In this document: in pieces, positions 29,263 to 39,226 of the stretch
Position numbering within the stretch: the stretch's first letter is position 1
Layout of the letters: each line of letters begins with the position of its first letter
Virus record (IMG/VR): IMGVR_UViG_3300020045_009460
Span: 1-63,736 of that record
Direction: 5' to 3' (one strand)
Source: a virus
Taxonomy: Duplodnaviria > Caudoviricetes
DNA: 63,736 bases
Position numbers and translations under genes: made by a program
The notes under the pieces: generated by a model
The model's database searches: none
What the model was told of the DNA's origin: nothing
Seen by the model: only the letters and a program-made list of their open reading frames with translations

Positions 29263-29585
29263 GATTAGTATCTTTAACAGCCACTCTGCCTAACCAATCA
29301 GTAACTTTTACTGAAGACAGCGATTTCTATGAGATAGTCATGAAGTATACTAACGACTTCATGACCGCTGACATATCTAGGAATGGGGTATCTCTAGTAT
29401 CAGGATTGAGATGTGTAACATCCGGTCCATTGCCTAATTTCTTGCTGCCCTTATACAAAGAAGCGGGTAGGGGCAATCTGGCGTACTGGAACGATTCCGA
29501 AAACTACCCCCTTTACAGTGATTTCGGGGTTACTACGTTCTTGGCTTATTACAGCCCCTCAGATCTAGTCACGGTGCGATCATGA
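29259..29585 (+). CDS. Baseplate protein
   Basis: PNQS...G.RC...FG motif; synteny. Confidence 0.6.
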   Translation: MRLVSLTATLPNQSVTFTEDSDFYEIVMKYTNDFMTADISRNGVSLVSGLRCVTSGPLPNFLLPLYKEAGRGNLAYWNDSENYPLYSDFGVTTFLAYYSPSDLVTVRS

Positions 29586-29923
29586 TTACATTAGCGGTTG
29601 ATGAGAATAACAGTATGTATTTAGATAGCTCCGGGAACTTAGCTACGTTGTCGGGGGCTGACGCGCTTGCTCAGACGTTGGGCCAGATGAGCAGAACAAG
29701 ACGTAATGAAATGCTTTACGCGACTGACAGAGGCATCCCGTATGCAGACACTATCTTCTTAACTAAAGACGTGCTGATGTTCGAGGCGACCATGCGCAAT
29801 GAGTTCAGCCTTCATCCAGAGGTCACCGGTATAAACTCATTCACAGTCAGTATCGATGGCGACGTGCTGACATATTCAGCCGAAGTAAACTCAATATACG
29901 GGGCGGTGACGGTCAATGGGTGA
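29582..29923 (+). CDS. Baseplate wedge/sheath initiator (gp25/W-like)
   Basis: NSMYLDSSGNLA...GIPY...SIYG. Confidence 0.75.
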   Translation: MITLAVDENNSMYLDSSGNLATLSGADALAQTLGQMSRTRRNEMLYATDRGIPYADTIFLTKDVLMFEATMRNEFSLHPEVTGINSFTVSIDGDVLTYSAEVNSIYGAVTVNG

Positions 29924-31166
29924 TTATTACGCGTATGATCGGGATACTGGGCTTATTATCCCGGACACGAGCACTTTAAAAGCAGATGTCCAGAGCGAAT
30001 TCAAATCGGCTCTTGGCTCTAACATGGACTTAACTGACGCCACCCCCCAAGGACGTTTGATCGATGGTGAAGTTACCGCACGGTCAAACGTAATAGCATA
30101 TACTGCAGGAATTGCAAATCAGATAAATCCAGACCAATCGGGAGGCGTATTCCTAGCATCCCTTTTCTCTTTGATGGGCGGAACTCCTTATACAGCCACC
30201 CCTACCGTATTTGATGGTAGAGTCTACGGCACAAACGGGTCTACGTCTCCGTCAGGGATGTCTATTTATGACTCTGCGGGCAATGTGTTTAACCAGCAAA
30301 CAGCAGCGGTATTGAACCAAGTGGACACTACTGTCACCCCCAACACCTATTACGGCGTAGCTACTTTTCAGGCAGCCGTGGCGGGAGCAACCGCTGTGTT
30401 GGCGGGTGCTACATGGTTCATATCAAGTACTGCTCCCTCTAATATCACTAAAGTGGTCAACCCTCTAGCGGGGACCACAGGCCAAGCCATTGAATCTGAT
30501 GTGGCTGCCCGTAGGCGCAGAAAGAGCACGTTAGCAGCGCAATCAAGCAACACAGTAAGAGCTATCAAAGCTGGCGTCAGCGCCCTTTCTGGATACCGTT
30601 CTATGGTGATAAGAGAGAATGACGATTCGTCGGTGGCCGTTATTGATGGGATTTCAATGCCCGCTAATAGCGTTTATGTCTGTGTGCAGGGTGCCCTTGA
30701 TGTAGATATAGCCGATGCAATGCTCACAGCTAAGGGAACGGGTGCCGCGTGGACAGTTGGACAAGTTCCCCGAGGAACCCCTGTGACTACTTCTCTTATT
30801 GAACCATCTTCAGGCCAGCCTTACACGATTTTACATGCAAGGCCTCTGATAGTATCCTGCACATGTGTTGTAACTTATGATGCGTCGCAATCAGTAGGCA
30901 ACTATGAGCCACAGTACGCCGTTCAGGATGCTATAAATAAATACCAAAACGGGCTTATTAACGGCGATCCGGGCTTGGTCATTGGTCGCAACTTGTCCGC
31001 GTACGAACTTAGTGGTGCGGTGTCTTCGGTATATCCCGGATTGTACATAGCAGACGTTACCGTAACAGGTAAAACAGTCGTTGCCGGGCAAGAAATCCCT
31101 GTTGAGATGTGGGAGCAGGCCGAGTTACCTGTAGGCTCGATCGTAGTAGTGCCAAGGGGCGTCTGA
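29916..31166 (+). CDS. Baseplate J-like protein
   Basis: TPQGRLI, INPDQSGG.FL, ESDVAARRRR. Confidence 0.85.
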   Translation: MGDYYAYDRDTGLIIPDTSTLKADVQSEFKSALGSNMDLTDATPQGRLIDGEVTARSNVIAYTAGIANQINPDQSGGVFLASLFSLMGGTPYTATPTVFDGRVYGTNGSTSPSGMSIYDSAGNVFNQQTAAVLNQVDTTVTPNTYYGVATFQAAVAGATAVLAGATWFISSTAPSNITKVVNPLAGTTGQAIESDVAARRRRKSTLAAQSSNTVRAIKAGVSALSGYRSMVIRENDDSSVAVIDGISMPANSVYVCVQGALDVDIADAMLTAKGTGAAWTVGQVPRGTPVTTSLIEPSSGQPYTILHARPLIVSCTCVVTYDASQSVGNYEPQYAVQDAINKYQNGLINGDPGLVIGRNLSAYELSGAVSSVYPGLYIADVTVTGKTVVAGQEIPVEMWEQAELPVGSIVVVPRGV

Positions 31167-31888
31167 TGATAACTCAGGAATTCAATAAGAGACGCAGCTG
31201 TTTACAAGCCAACATTTGGCAGTATGACAACGCCGATCCTTTTTTAGATCTACTGAAGCAGAAGGATTATTGGTACTCTGAGTATTTCGATACTTTCTGG
31301 ATCAACTGGAGAGAGGGCGTTTTCCGTCTTGAGATTAATTACGACCCTGCAAGTATGTCACATGTACACACCTCTTTGTTTGGGTGTGCTATATGGGCTA
31401 TGATTTTGGATTTCCCTCTAGAGCCAATATTGATTCCTAGGGATGGGATGAAGCAACCTTGGTCTTTTGAGAATATAGGGTCTACTATTATAGCTGGTAC
31501 TTCTCGCGAGAACTTTGGTATAGTTGAAGATCCGGCCGTGTCCGGACTAGGTGGTAACTTTACTCCGGCGTCTATTTCAACCGCGATGACCATCTTAGAA
31601 AAGGTCCAGATGTTGAAGCTAGTTTATTATAGAAACATCGGCAACTGCACTGTGCCATTCCTAAACGCCGCGTTGGCCGATGTATTTAAGATAAACGGCC
31701 AATTAAACGTGTCGGGGGGTGTGCCAGCCCCGATAAGCCAGACTCCGTACGTTTTAGACCCCGGCAATATGACTCTTACTTATGTTTTCCCATATAAATT
31801 AAGCGATCCGATGGTGGCCAACTTAGCTGCATGGGATGTGTTGCCCAAACCGATGGGCGTAAAAATCATCATGCAGTTTCCTGCTTAA
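31166..31888 (+). CDS. Baseplate wedge (DUF2612-like)
   Basis: WQYDNA...FG..IW..IL...LPKPMGV. Confidence 0.75.
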   Translation: MITQEFNKRRSCLQANIWQYDNADPFLDLLKQKDYWYSEYFDTFWINWREGVFRLEINYDPASMSHVHTSLFGCAIWAMILDFPLEPILIPRDGMKQPWSFENIGSTIIAGTSRENFGIVEDPAVSGLGGNFTPASISTAMTILEKVQMLKLVYYRNIGNCTVPFLNAALADVFKINGQLNVSGGVPAPISQTPYVLDPGNMTLTYVFPYKLSDPMVANLAAWDVLPKPMGVKIIMQFPA

Positions 31889-31899
31889 GGAGCTATAAA

Positions 31900-32817
31900 A
31901 TGACATCCAAACGTTTTTTAAGGCCGTTTGCGATCGATGCGACGTCATCATCAGACCGCGTAGAGATACCCGATTCGGGCACGTCAACGTCTGCAGTGAA
32001 CTACCAGACCGGTTACAACGGAAGATATGCCTTACAATATGGCATCGACCCCCAAGCCCTCCCTGTCGAACGGCAGTATTTTAATGGACTGATGTATGAT
32101 ATTACGTCTGTTCTTATGGATTGGCAGTTGTACGGGTTTCCTGAATGGTTCAACTACTCCGGATCAACGCCAGCTTCATCATATAGCGCCGGGTCAGTAG
32201 TACGATATAAAACCAATCCTCTTGGTTCATATACTCTCTACCGCTGTCTGGTCGATGGAACTATTACAGTCCCTACAGATACTGCTAGCTGGGAATATGT
32301 CCCTACAGTCAGCCAAATTTATGACGCCATGGGCATTGTAAACCAATATCCTAACGTCACCAATGTTCCAGCTACGGGCGACTTTAATGCAGTTCCTATT
32401 CCTACAGGGCGCAAGAATGGCATTATAGAATTCCAGACTGACGCCGGTGTGAGAGGATGGTTGAACTGCCCCCCCACCCAGACTACCGCTCGTGCAGGTG
32501 TTTTGGAGACGTATCAGTTCACCTCGCTGACCACTGGCATTGATAACACCATGCAGCGGTACAGTGACATCGCCGGGCAGGTATACGCACGCGCGTTAAA
32601 TCCATCTACTAACGTTTGGTCGATATGGGTCAACTTGTCCCAAAAAGGTGGTGCTACAGGTGCTGGTGATGATAAAGTTTTCTTTTTGAATGATCAGGTA
32701 GTGACTTCTAATTATAGCGTACCGAGCAATCAAAACGCTATGACAGCCGGTCCTATTACTATCAACAATGGCGTCACGGTTTCTGTCCCCGATGGCGCGG
32801 TTTGGACGGTGGTGTAA
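31900..32817 (+). CDS. Proximal tail fibre/adaptor
   Basis: PFA...R..IP...ERQYFNGLMYDIT anchor; C-terminal GGATG...NAMTAGPITI..GVTVSVP.G..WTVV. Confidence 0.75.
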   Translation: MTSKRFLRPFAIDATSSSDRVEIPDSGTSTSAVNYQTGYNGRYALQYGIDPQALPVERQYFNGLMYDITSVLMDWQLYGFPEWFNYSGSTPASSYSAGSVVRYKTNPLGSYTLYRCLVDGTITVPTDTASWEYVPTVSQIYDAMGIVNQYPNVTNVPATGDFNAVPIPTGRKNGIIEFQTDAGVRGWLNCPPTQTTARAGVLETYQFTSLTTGIDNTMQRYSDIAGQVYARALNPSTNVWSIWVNLSQKGGATGAGDDKVFFLNDQVVTSNYSVPSNQNAMTAGPITINNGVTVSVPDGAVWTVV

Positions 32818-32818
32818 C

Positions 32819-33715
32819 ATGTCAATCACATTAGATGGTTCCGCAGGTATCACCTCGCCTAAAACCGCGAGTGTGTCCATAAATTTCGGTGTAGTGGGCG
32901 ACAGAAGAAATTTAGAGGCGTGGTCTAACGACGGCGCTACTATAAACATGTCATATATGTCTCATCTGCTATCGGATGCTTCGAATAATTTATGCTCATT
33001 GAGAGGCACTTCCGCTTTATCAATGAGCATAAATTCCACTGGTCTCGGGGGGATGGTAGGCGGCGCGGTGGGTAATGGTGGGTATATCGCGGTGTATCAC
33101 GTGTATCGCCCATCTGGAGCCAGCGAAGGCCTTGTAGGTATCAACTGCGACAACTTATCTAACTTAGCCTCCAGAGTTCCAGCAAGTGAGCTATTCCCCG
33201 GAGCTGTCGACCTTCCTTCTACTTACATGTATAGTGCTCTGGTGGGTGTGTATTACGTTGCAAAAGACACCAAATATCTAAGGAACTTTTACCAGACGGA
33301 CAGAAGAATTTCTACCGTAATGCTCCCTTTGGGCTATGCGATATCCGCTTCTGTCCCATTTGCAGGGTCTATTATAACCCTCCCTTACACTTATTTGGAT
33401 GGCACATCCTACCCCACCCCTGAGTTAGGTCAGTGCGTCCCTCCTCCGGCTAATGCCAGAGTTATTCATGTGTCATCGGCTGCTTGGGTTCTGTCTGGCG
33501 GTGGCCCATATACCTTGATAATAACTCCTATTAGTGGAGCTATGAAGGGAGGGTTTGTAACCTCTTGGTTCTCCCCCACAGGGGGCAATGGCAACCAAAC
33601 CATGAACCGGATGTTGACATCATATAGAACAACCGGATTGAGCGTAAACGTAATCCCTCTGACCGCCACTATACCTGTTAAGCACGGGTTCGGCGTGACA
33701 GAATATGAAATCTAA
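32819..33715 (+). CDS. Tail fibre/receptor-binding protein A
   Basis: Follows adaptor; paralogous to 34987-35955. Confidence 0.65.
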   Translation: MSITLDGSAGITSPKTASVSINFGVVGDRRNLEAWSNDGATINMSYMSHLLSDASNNLCSLRGTSALSMSINSTGLGGMVGGAVGNGGYIAVYHVYRPSGASEGLVGINCDNLSNLASRVPASELFPGAVDLPSTYMYSALVGVYYVAKDTKYLRNFYQTDRRISTVMLPLGYAISASVPFAGSIITLPYTYLDGTSYPTPELGQCVPPPANARVIHVSSAAWVLSGGGPYTLIITPISGAMKGGFVTSWFSPTGGNGNQTMNRMLTSYRTTGLSVNVIPLTATIPVKHGFGVTEYEI

Positions 33716-33723
33716 GGGCTGAT

Positions 33724-34545
33724 ATGACTATCTCTTTGAAAGCAAACACCGATGGCAGCGGCACTATTTACATCAACGGCAGCCCCAAAATGACTTTGGA
33801 TGCAGCCGGTAATGTCGTGGGAACCTTAACCCCCGCTCAAGGTGATAATACTTTAAAACTACCTACAACAGCCTATGTGAGACAAAACTCACGCAACTAC
33901 GCCGGTGCTATACAGATCAATGCTGATACTGTTTTAACATCAGCCCATCTGTCTAGCGCATTACTGGTGAACACGGGAGGGGCTACCCTAAGGCTCCCGG
34001 CCATCTCCAGCTTGTTTGATGGTGCTACTTTCATCATAAGAAACATGGCAACCACTCCTATAGGGGTGATCACATCAGGCGAGACCATTTTTATATCCAA
34101 CGCAAATACGTTAGCATCCATTTTTGTTGATGTAGGTGAAACAGCTATATTTATAGCTGCCAGTGGTAATTGGCTCCTTGATGGTTCTACAGTGGCTAAA
34201 AGGTTACCTAATTTTGCTAAAAACGTCGCAGGCCCTTCAACATGGTGGAGCAAGTTGCCTAATGGACTTATCCAGCAATGGGCTACAGTGGGCTTTGTTC
34301 GTCAAGCTGGCCTTTTTTTCTTCGCTGATGTGACTTACCCGGTTCCTTTCCCTAATGCGTGTCTTTCGGTAGTTCCTGCGTATATCGGGCAACCTCCTGT
34401 GGCTGGTACATCGACCCCCCTATTGGTTGATTCTCTGTCATCCAGAACAGGTTGCTCTATTTGTACATCTATTAACACATGGTTCACCTCTGCTAGGGGT
34501 GATATGAGTACTCAGCCGATTTCCGTTTCTATTGTAGGGTGGTAA
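33724..34545 (+). CDS. Tail fibre/receptor-binding protein B (gp53-like C-terminus)
   Basis: PTTAYV; KLPNGLIQQW...PVPFPNACL...VGW. Confidence 0.8.
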   Translation: MTISLKANTDGSGTIYINGSPKMTLDAAGNVVGTLTPAQGDNTLKLPTTAYVRQNSRNYAGAIQINADTVLTSAHLSSALLVNTGGATLRLPAISSLFDGATFIIRNMATTPIGVITSGETIFISNANTLASIFVDVGETAIFIAASGNWLLDGSTVAKRLPNFAKNVAGPSTWWSKLPNGLIQQWATVGFVRQAGLFFFADVTYPVPFPNACLSVVPAYIGQPPVAGTSTPLLVDSLSSRTGCSICTSINTWFTSARGDMSTQPISVSIVGW

Positions 34546-34546
34546 C

Positions 34547-34987
34547 ATGGACGAACAGTTGTGGTATTTCGATGCATCTACATTAGCGTTTTATCCTTAT
34601 TCTATGAAGCCTGATTACGTGGCAGCCGGGACATGGCCCGCCAGCGGTGTTGATGTTAATAACTACACACGGGAAGACTTCATGCCCCAGAACGCACCGA
34701 ACGGCATGACTCTTGGTGCTGATGGGCGTGGGTTCCCTACTTGGGTTCCTATAGCTGTGGTCCCTCCTACTGACGCCGAGAAATATGCAGAAGCTGAAGA
34801 TCTGCGTAAGCGTTTGATAGCAGAGACAGAATCTATATCCCCTATTGTGTGGGCATCCATGGGGGATCCGGGAGAGCTTTCAAAGTTGCAAACGGCGTGG
34901 ATCGAATACAGAACCGCGCTAAAAAATCTCCCAAGCCTTCCGGGATATCCTAATGTTACATGGCCAGTTAAGCCGGAGATTTCATAA
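34547..34987 (+). CDS. Tail fibre assembly chaperone (Tfa)
   Basis: FYP...WP...G.PTW...AW..YR..L...P.V.WP.KP. Confidence 0.85.
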   Translation: MDEQLWYFDASTLAFYPYSMKPDYVAAGTWPASGVDVNNYTREDFMPQNAPNGMTLGADGRGFPTWVPIAVVPPTDAEKYAEAEDLRKRLIAETESISPIVWASMGDPGELSKLQTAWIEYRTALKNLPSLPGYPNVTWPVKPEIS

Positions 34988-35955
34988 TGAGCCAAGTGAA
35001 TGCCGTTAATCATCAGGTAGGGATGAACAGCACTCCCGAAAACAATTTCGTCCTGAGCGCATCTAGCAATGACGGGACTATGAGTATAAAAAGAGGGGGG
35101 GTAGCGCAGCAGCAGGTATTAGGGTTCGACGCCAATGGCTACACTATCGCTATAACTCCCCCTAAAGGTGATGCCACTACTAAATCCGCTACCACTGCTT
35201 TTGTTAAAAATGCGATGGTAGCGTCAGGGATTATAGGGGCTTCGTTGAATGCGTATATGTTCAATACATCGGCATCATTATCTGCAACATGGTCAGCTGA
35301 TATGTTGGTAGTGGCTGAGTCGCTTTCTGGTCAAACATATTCTCTGTCATCACTATCATTGTCGATCAATCTAGGCACTGTGGGTGCTGGGGGTATGGAC
35401 ACCGGATCAATACCCGCCAATGGGTATGTTGCCATCTATGTGATATATAATCCCACCTCTAAAACAGCCGCTTTGATGGGCGTCAACACTACTGCAATAG
35501 TAGCTCCTGAGGTGTATGGCGGGTCTAGCATGCCTACGGGCTACACCGCGTCAGCGCTGGTCGGTATTAGACTTACTTCAGGCAGCCTTATGACGGTAGG
35601 TGCACAGATAGGGAGGCATGTAGGGATATTAACTAGTCAGGTTTTCTCTGCCACCTCTGTAGTGCCATCAACCCCCACTTCTTTGTCTTTAAGTGCTTGT
35701 GTTCCTCTTAATGCTAAAAAAGTGGATCTTTTCCAACGTTTTGTATCTACAACTGCCGAATTGCAACAATTGGCAATAACCAGCACTGCCAACCCCATTG
35801 GTCTTGTTGGCTCTTTGTTCAACGCATCTGCGGCTGGCCAACAATTTGGGTCAACGGATATTCTCGACCTTGTGTACCCCCAAACGCTGTATTATTACCA
35901 AACAGCGGCAATATCCACCACACGGCAACTATATGTTACCGGCTACACATTTTAG
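34987..35955 (+). CDS. Tail fibre/receptor-binding protein C
   Basis: ATTAFV; INLGTVGAGGMDTG..PANGYVAIY.IYNP; MP.GYTASALV. Confidence 0.75.
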   Translation: MSQVNAVNHQVGMNSTPENNFVLSASSNDGTMSIKRGGVAQQQVLGFDANGYTIAITPPKGDATTKSATTAFVKNAMVASGIIGASLNAYMFNTSASLSATWSADMLVVAESLSGQTYSLSSLSLSINLGTVGAGGMDTGSIPANGYVAIYVIYNPTSKTAALMGVNTTAIVAPEVYGGSSMPTGYTASALVGIRLTSGSLMTVGAQIGRHVGILTSQVFSATSVVPSTPTSLSLSACVPLNAKKVDLFQRFVSTTAELQQLAITSTANPIGLVGSLFNASAAGQQFGSTDILDLVYPQTLYYYQTAAISTTRQLYVTGYTF

Positions 35956-35964
35956 GGAGATATT

Positions 35965-36174
35965 ATGATATTATATGCGGTGTTGGATAAAAATGGGGCT
36001 ATCGAAACGTTGTTCGGGGCATCCCCCCAAGATAGTGATGTATATCCGTCCATGATAGAGCTTAACTCCTCTGATGATGCATATAAGGCGTATTACCAGA
36101 AAATGTTGTCTATGGGCATAGCAGATGGTATGGTTACGCCGGTAGATAATGTGGCAGAAACTAAACCAGCATAA
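35965..36174 (+). CDS. Small fibre-associated protein
   Basis: F..SPQD..VYP motif; GGAG RBS. Confidence 0.6.
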   Translation: MILYAVLDKNGAIETLFGASPQDSDVYPSMIELNSSDDAYKAYYQKMLSMGIADGMVTPVDNVAETKPA

Positions 36175-36185
36175 GGAGCTGTATA

Positions 36186-36497
36186 ATGTTCGAGAAACAC
36201 ATCGCGGACCTGATGCAAGCATTGGTAGCCGGTATTGGCGGCGTGATTGCCGCACTGATGCGGAAAGAGACACATGGATTGTCTGAAACTATCATTGCTG
36301 GTGCTGGTGCGATGTTTTTAGGCTTTATTGTAGCTAAAATATGTCGTATCTCAGGCCTCAATGAGGACACAGCGATTATTTTGACATCGCTGTCTGGTTG
36401 GCTGGGGGCTGAACGCACTAGCCGTTATTTGGAAAGGATGGTCACTTCTAGGCTGGGCATCCCTGATGAAGACGAAAAGAAGGATGACACAAAATGA
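36186..36497 (+). CDS. Holin
   Basis: 103 aa, 2-3 TM helices, SGWLG, charged C-terminus. Confidence 0.8.
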   Translation: MFEKHIADLMQALVAGIGGVIAALMRKETHGLSETIIAGAGAMFLGFIVAKICRISGLNEDTAIILTSLSGWLGAERTSRYLERMVTSRLGIPDEDEKKDDTK

Positions 36498-36745
36498 CAG
36501 GTGAACATGTACGACGTGCGGTGGTCCTGCTGTTCTTGTTCAATTTGGCTCTTATGGCTCAAAACTGGCGCACTAGCGAGCGGATTAAGGACATGAACGT
36601 TACTGCAGCCAGTACTTTAAAGGCGACCGAAGACGCCAGATTAGAGTACCAAAAAGGTAACGACCACATTGACCAAGTGGTAAAACAGCTCAATGACTTG
36701 ATTGAAAAAGATATCGAGGCTAAGAAGGCTACTAAGGGGAAATAA
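36494..36745 (+). CDS. Single-TM coiled-coil protein (possible lysis accessory)
   Basis: N-terminal TM; coupled to holin. Confidence 0.55.
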   Translation: MTGEHVRRAVVLLFLFNLALMAQNWRTSERIKDMNVTAASTLKATEDARLEYQKGNDHIDQVVKQLNDLIEKDIEAKKATKGK

Positions 36746-36746
36746 T

Positions 36747-36774
36747 AATAAGGCCCGGATATCCGGGCCTTATT
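36747..36774. terminator. Bidirectional terminator between convergent arms
   Basis: Perfect 28-bp palindrome AATAAGGCCCGGAT-ATCCGGGCCTTATT. Confidence 0.85.
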
Positions 36775-36784
36775 TTAAACTATG

Positions 36785-37306
36785 TTAATGCACGGCCATC
36801 TCCTTCAATGCCCATGATGTAAAGCTTTTGTCTACATTGAACGTTGAATTCGAATCGGTGCCGTCCGGGCATTTGATGTGAACAATAAACGCTTTTTGCC
36901 CCACCATGGCCATGACGGCACCGGTTCCCTTTTTTTCAGTAATGTTACTCATCAGAATGATAGCACCGTCTGAATACGCTTTTACCTTTTTAAGAGACTC
37001 GGACCCGTCGCCCCATGTGATATCCACATCGCACTGTTGCTCTACCGAGCTACCGTACCCCATCAAAAACACTGGCATGAAGGTTTCACCGTCAATGGCG
37101 GTTGCTCCGGGGGAAGTGACACACACCCCGGTATTGCTGCAGGTGATGCCCATCGGAACACCATCTTTCGATTTAGTCTTATTCCACGTAGCTTGATGTG
37201 GCGCAGGCTTGGTGTCAATCGTGCTGGCATGCGCCGCGCACGCCATAAGAATAAAAGCTATGGTAAATACTGCAGCCTGTGAAATGAATCCGCTAACGAT
37301 TTTCAT
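36785..37306 (-). CDS. Exported protein with signal peptide
   Basis: Sec-type N-terminus ending AHA; four spaced Cys in the mature part. Confidence 0.7.
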   Translation of the reverse strand: MKIVSGFISQAAVFTIAFILMACAAHASTIDTKPAPHQATWNKTKSKDGVPMGITCSNTGVCVTSPGATAIDGETFMPVFLMGYGSSVEQQCDVDITWGDGSESLKKVKAYSDGAIILMSNITEKKGTGAVMAMVGQKAFIVHIKCPDGTDSNSTFNVDKSFTSWALKEMAVH

Positions 37307-37315
37307 TAATATCTC

Positions 37316-37540
37316 CTAACGTTTAGATTGAAGGCGAGCTATTTCAGCATTCACCCTGTCGGCTTTTTCCGAGTGCACAGCTTGACATGAGTCAGCTTTA
37401 CACTGCCTTAATATCCACATCTCATTGCTTAGCTGGCTGTAAGACCTTGAAAGCTGGGATATGCACTGAGAGTCTTTAGTGTCGCATGACCAAGCCAAAG
37501 GAGCGACTAACACCAAAGCCAACAACATTACTTTTTTCAT
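37316..37540 (-). CDS. Small exported Cys-rich protein
   Basis: MKKVMLLALVLVAPLAWS-C...; 4 Cys. Confidence 0.65.
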   Translation of the reverse strand: MKKVMLLALVLVAPLAWSCDTKDSQCISQLSRSYSQLSNEMWILRQCKADSCQAVHSEKADRVNAEIARLQSKR

Positions 37541-37577
37541 ACGACACCTATGTTTAAGGGACTTCCCCGTAGCACCT

Positions 37578-37606
37578 ATTATACTACAGGAAAAGCCCCT
37601 TGTCAA
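37578..37606 (-). promoter_or_regulatory. sigma70 promoter
   Basis: TTGACA-17-TATAAT (no TGn). Confidence 0.85.
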
Positions 37607-37619
37607 GTATTGTTACATA

Positions 37620-38534
37620 TTACAAAATATCGTCAGGGTCACGAGTTCCCGCGTAAACAGGGAATCTAGGGAGGTCTTTGCGCCCCTTAGGAAAATGTTT
37701 GAACCTGATCGTTTCATCAACCCATTTGTTTTGGTTCGCCCAAATCTCATCGCGAAGAGATTTTCCGAAACCTGAACCTACTTTAAATAGGATACCTGTT
37801 TTAATCTCTATACACCATAAAGCGCCAAGCGTGTCACCGGGGACCTTTCCTTCCGCTGCCGTAGACCGTTTTTGATACCCGTTTTCTGCGATATAAGCTT
37901 CATTGGTGTTTATCATAAGCTCTTCGAAACCAACCACCCGAGCCTCATCAAACTCAAATCTTTTTACCTTTAGGATATCCCCCTGTTTAGCAGTGCATCG
38001 GCCATATCTATAGGGGCTTAATATCTTACGTATCATAAGCCCCTCATATTTATTATCTAACTCTTCCTCTTCATATATATCGCATTCATACTGGGATGTG
38101 ATAAGGCGTTGGGGGACCAGCTTAAGGTCAGGTATGTCCCGGAAAACGGTTGCGAATTTTTCTTGGAGGGAGTCGTACCGATCTGCATATGGTTGGCCGG
38201 GCATGTCGAATAAATCAAACACATTTAGCACCCAAGGTTCGCCAGAGGGTTCTTCCTTTATGCGCCGGGTAACTTGTGTTTTGATATAAACATCTTCGGC
38301 ATTGGGTGTACCTACGGTTAATTCCCCGTCAATCCCGTGGAACGCGCTATACCCAAGCATTTTGTGTAGGTATAAATTAGGGGCGCGTTTTGCTGACCGG
38401 GTGATTGCTGTCTTTTCGCGAACAGCTATTCGGTTGCCGTCTATTTTGGCTGATGCAAACATAGGCCATTGCAGTGGATATTTGTCCACCACATCTTCAA
38501 TGCGTTCATTGGGAGCTAGCATTAAACGGTTCAT
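37620..38534 (-). CDS. ATP-dependent DNA ligase
   Basis: KIDG, IDGEL, VFD, EGLMIR, LKVK, VGSGF, PRFP. Confidence 0.93.
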   Translation of the reverse strand: MNRLMLAPNERIEDVVDKYPLQWPMFASAKIDGNRIAVREKTAITRSAKRAPNLYLHKMLGYSAFHGIDGELTVGTPNAEDVYIKTQVTRRIKEEPSGEPWVLNVFDLFDMPGQPYADRYDSLQEKFATVFRDIPDLKLVPQRLITSQYECDIYEEEELDNKYEGLMIRKILSPYRYGRCTAKQGDILKVKRFEFDEARVVGFEELMINTNEAYIAENGYQKRSTAAEGKVPGDTLGALWCIEIKTGILFKVGSGFGKSLRDEIWANQNKWVDETIRFKHFPKGRKDLPRFPVYAGTRDPDDIL

Positions 38535-39184
38535 TGCGGCACCTCTCTCGTTTTCAATGGCTGCGGAGCTTTGAAATTATATGTTGCTGATGACCCTACG
38601 CACGCGTACGACACGCTGAACATATGCGTGTTTCGTATGGCTACCATGGCATCTTTACCGGTTTTTGTTTTTGGGACGTAAAGAGATAGATTCCCGTTGT
38701 ATATATAGGAATCAACAGGTGCAAGGGCCACGCCCGCGTATGAAACCGAGGCTTTGCACGTCTGGTTTTCATTTTCGTCGATTCCGCTCAAGTATATTAT
38801 GCTGCTGTCAGGAGCTACTATAAGACATACCATAACATCTTCAGTGGAACATATGGTCCACATATTCACAGACACACGGGTCCAGTCACGAACCAAATTC
38901 TTAGCGCTGACATCTTTGCGGTTAGCTTCTTCTATCCTCATAGCGGCTTTTACAGAAGCCCCCTTATCGATAGCCATGGCGGCCTCTGTCACGTCATATG
39001 CGCTGCCAAGGGATGCCTGCTCATCGGGAGATAAGAAATGTCTAACCATAAAAGAGTCAAATGGAGACCTTTCTGTTGACTCCACAGGCAGGTTCAATGC
39101 ATACCAGCGAAATAACGGTTCTGCTCCCGTTGACACCAATACCGATGCCGCAAATACTACAAGGGCAGTGATTGTTTTGTTCAT
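38531..39184 (-). CDS. Exported protein, C-domain paralogous to 36785-37306
   Basis: Signal peptide; shared Cys spacing and G...M.....F.V...C. Confidence 0.6.
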   Translation of the reverse strand: MNKTITALVVFAASVLVSTGAEPLFRWYALNLPVESTERSPFDSFMVRHFLSPDEQASLGSAYDVTEAAMAIDKGASVKAAMRIEEANRKDVSAKNLVRDWTRVSVNMWTICSTEDVMVCLIVAPDSSIIYLSGIDENENQTCKASVSYAGVALAPVDSYIYNGNLSLYVPKTKTGKDAMVAIRNTHMFSVSYACVGSSATYNFKAPQPLKTREVPQ

Positions 39185-39226
39185 AGCTCCCTCAATGCCC
39201 CACCTAGGCGGGGCTAATTTATATGG

